DNA of 64,000 nucleotides from assembly GCA_010909165.1 (NCBI GenBank), contig MU008165.1:186001-250000 (forward strand), in the 5' to 3' direction. The notes beneath the pieces were generated by a model. That model worked only from the letters and a program-made list of their open reading frames with translations, was not told the origin of the DNA and made no database searches. The translations under genes were made by a program, and so were the position numbers. The stretch's first letter is position 1, and each line of letters begins with the position of its first letter. Shown one piece after another: positions 62,012-64,000 of the stretch. This stretch comes from Anthoceros angustus (taxonomy: Eukaryota; Plantae; Anthocerotophyta).

Positions 62012-63481
62012 CCTTAGCAACATTAAAGCCGTTTAGGTGAGAAGATTTATACTCAATTATCAAATTGTGAAAATGATAGGTTATCCAGTTGGCGAGGATG
62101 ACTAGTCGTTGAGGGAGTGAATCGTTCATTCGTCTTCGGCAGGGCGGCTGGAGCTCGGAGCTTGGGCGCCTGGTTGGCAGGTAGTGATTTCTTCCTGGTT
62201 GCTGGTAGTGATCTTTTCCAGCGTGAGGTCTTGATCCGAGTGATGTCTGTGCGGAGCACTTGCATTAGTCTGAGAGCGGCCTTTGTGTGGAAGTCATTGC
62301 GCTTTGAAAAGGTTGAGAGGGAGCAGACTGTCCTGCATGTCAAGCCTCAGCTGCCATGGTGCTTCCTAGACGGCCCTGCCGTCCTCCTTCTGCTTCGGCT
62401 AAGACTTCTGCTGCAGTTAGATGGCGCAGATCCTTCAACCTCGTGTCTTGACGTTTGGTTCCGTTTTCAGGTGTGGGAAGATGCAAATGTAGGTTCCAAG
62501 GGGCCCGCCCTTCATGGCCCGCAGGCTGACTTGGGGCTCGCTGCTTTGGCAGGGGCTTCTGTGGGTCTCCGCATACGTCTTTGTGGCGCTGATTGCAGCA
62601 TTTCCTGGGTTGTACAGGGCGGTAATCGTCTTTCTCGGATGAGTGGGATCTCCTCCTGCCCTCTCCTACAGAATTTGGGTTGTGTCTCGTTGTACTTCTG
62701 ACGGGATGCAGTGCTGACGACCCGACTCTGAGAGAACCTGGATCCACGACACGGGCACCTGAAGGCGTTGCTGTTTTCTGTTGTTTGTTCTCCTCTTGGG
62801 AGGAGAATGAAATTGTGCTCAGTTTGAAACTCTCTTGACTTGTACAGTACAACGCAGCAGCATTTTCGGAGTTTTGGTGCACTTGAGTAACATAACTACT
62901 TAATCAATTATGATGGTGAGAGGGCATCAAACAATCAGGTAGACAGCTTGGATAAATTTTGTCCCTGGTACTGCAATGTTGGATCGAGAAAAGATCACGT
63001 TTGTGCTACGCCAGGAAACATACCACGGGCTTGAACGGAAGTTTGGCAGGTGTCCATGCACCCATTTGCATCTATCATACAGAGAGATCACGAAATCAGG
63101 CTTCCAATTACCAGCCAGTCTCACCTGATCCCTACGCCTCCATACTGTCGTTGGACATCTGTCCAGTTAGAACATCAAAAGGATAGATTTGACAAAAGAT
63201 GAGCCAGTTCACGTACTCTTTTGAGAGTTAGAAAAAAATCAAATTGGAAGGTAGTCCAGGATACAGACAAGGATACAGAACCAGTTCCGTACTTGAAGTC
63301 CGCCATCAAGTGAAAAGAGACTGCATCCAATGCCAGTTACAAGTGTGAGCTCACATCTGTTTGCAACAACGTTTTGTAAGGATACAAGCAACAGCAGTGA
63401 AGCCATTTCTCCAGACGTATCTCCTTCGAGGAACATGTTTGCCGCAGAACGCAAGGCCAGCTGACACGGGGGTGGAGGCTT

Positions 63482-64000
63482 TTAGTCCTGTTCTTGCTTG
63501 ATCCATTCCCTACTTTTATGGTGACCAGAATACCGACTCTGATGATATTTGGAATCCAGCTCCCTGTCCACAGTACCTTCCCACCTGTCTTCTCTCCTCA
63601 CAGAGTTATGATGTTGGTAACTGCTTCTTCCCGGTGATCTGCTGCACTGTTGTTCAGGGTGTCTGGTCTTGTCTGTGCGATGTCTATTAGCACTTTCATA
63701 ATTCTCAAATCGAGAAGGATCATAGGCTGTGCTATCACGGCTTCGGCTCTGCGTGCCATGCCGACTTTTCTGGGATCCAAGGTCACCATCTCTGGTCTCA
63801 ACTGTCTGTGCCATATATTTTCCAGTATCATGTCTGCTACATTGAGAGAAACTCCTATCCCGGTGTGGCCTTGAATCAATTGGCTCCTGTGTCAAAGTCT
63901 CAGCCTTAGGTTCTTGCTGAACTCTTTGAGAGAAAGTCCTATCCCGGTGTGGCCTTGAGTCAATTGGCTCTTGTGTCAAAGTTTCAGCCTTAGGTTCTTG
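63482..64000 (-). CDS. Possible 3' part of an uncharacterised Arg/Ser/Asp-rich protein running off the window, with 84-bp (28-aa) coding repeats
   Basis: Open minus frame from the window edge to TAA at 63482. The repeat QEPKAETLTQEPIDSRPHRDR(T/S)FSQ is present about twice at 63850-64000. No family was recognised. Confidence 0.4.
   Translation of the reverse strand, partial: QEPKAETLTQEPIDSRPHRDRTFSQRVQQEPKAETLTQEPIDSRPHRDRSFSQCSRHDTGKYMAQTVETRDGDLGSQKSRHGTQSRSRDSTAYDPSRFENYESANRHRTDKTRHPEQQCSRSPGRSSYQHHNSVRREDRWEGTVDRELDSKYHQSRYSGHHKSREWIKQEQD

Noticed and set aside
62117-62701. 194-aa plus-strand ORF
   Set aside because: Leu/Val/Phe-biased translation typical of the antisense of a purine-rich minus-strand region; no motif.
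1-64000. rRNA, tRNA, or bacterial/viral (HGT) operon-like genes
   Set aside because: None recognised. All identified genes are plant-type, and all but the PPR contain spliceosomal introns.

Overview
Eukaryotic, gene-dense nuclear DNA from a seed-free land plant. A hornwort (Anthoceros-like) is the best inference, from the short GT-AG introns, compact gene spacing and a DYW:KP-type PPR gene. About 12 spliced genes can be named by family: SERINC, a 5'-nucleotidase (NT5DC-like HAD), phosphoacetylglucosamine mutase, TMEM147, an FAD monooxygenase, a CYP72-clan P450, SEC22, a UVR+SnoaL/NTF2-like protein, PPD2, RRP41L/MTR3, a PBCP-like PP2C and NRAMP. There is also an intronless PLS-E-DYW PPR gene and a few unidentified spliced genes. 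Region 42.2-57.2 kb is a gene-free block of nested transposon relics and tandem duplications; indel-rich differences between copies suggest part of it may be noisy assembly. Highlights: (1) the PPR carries the HAE/MCNDCH/DRH-like signatures of the U-to-C editing DYW:KP clade; (2) two U12-type introns (SERINC, SEC22) and one GC-AG intron (PPD2); (3) a P450 gene sandwiched between ~0.9-1.1 kb direct repeats; (4) an 890-bp element with ~110-bp TIRs and a 10-bp TSD (Pack-MULE-like); (5) CRE-like non-LTR retrotransposon relics; (6) frame-preserving 33/39-bp repeat arrays. All family assignments come from remembered motifs; no database search was run.
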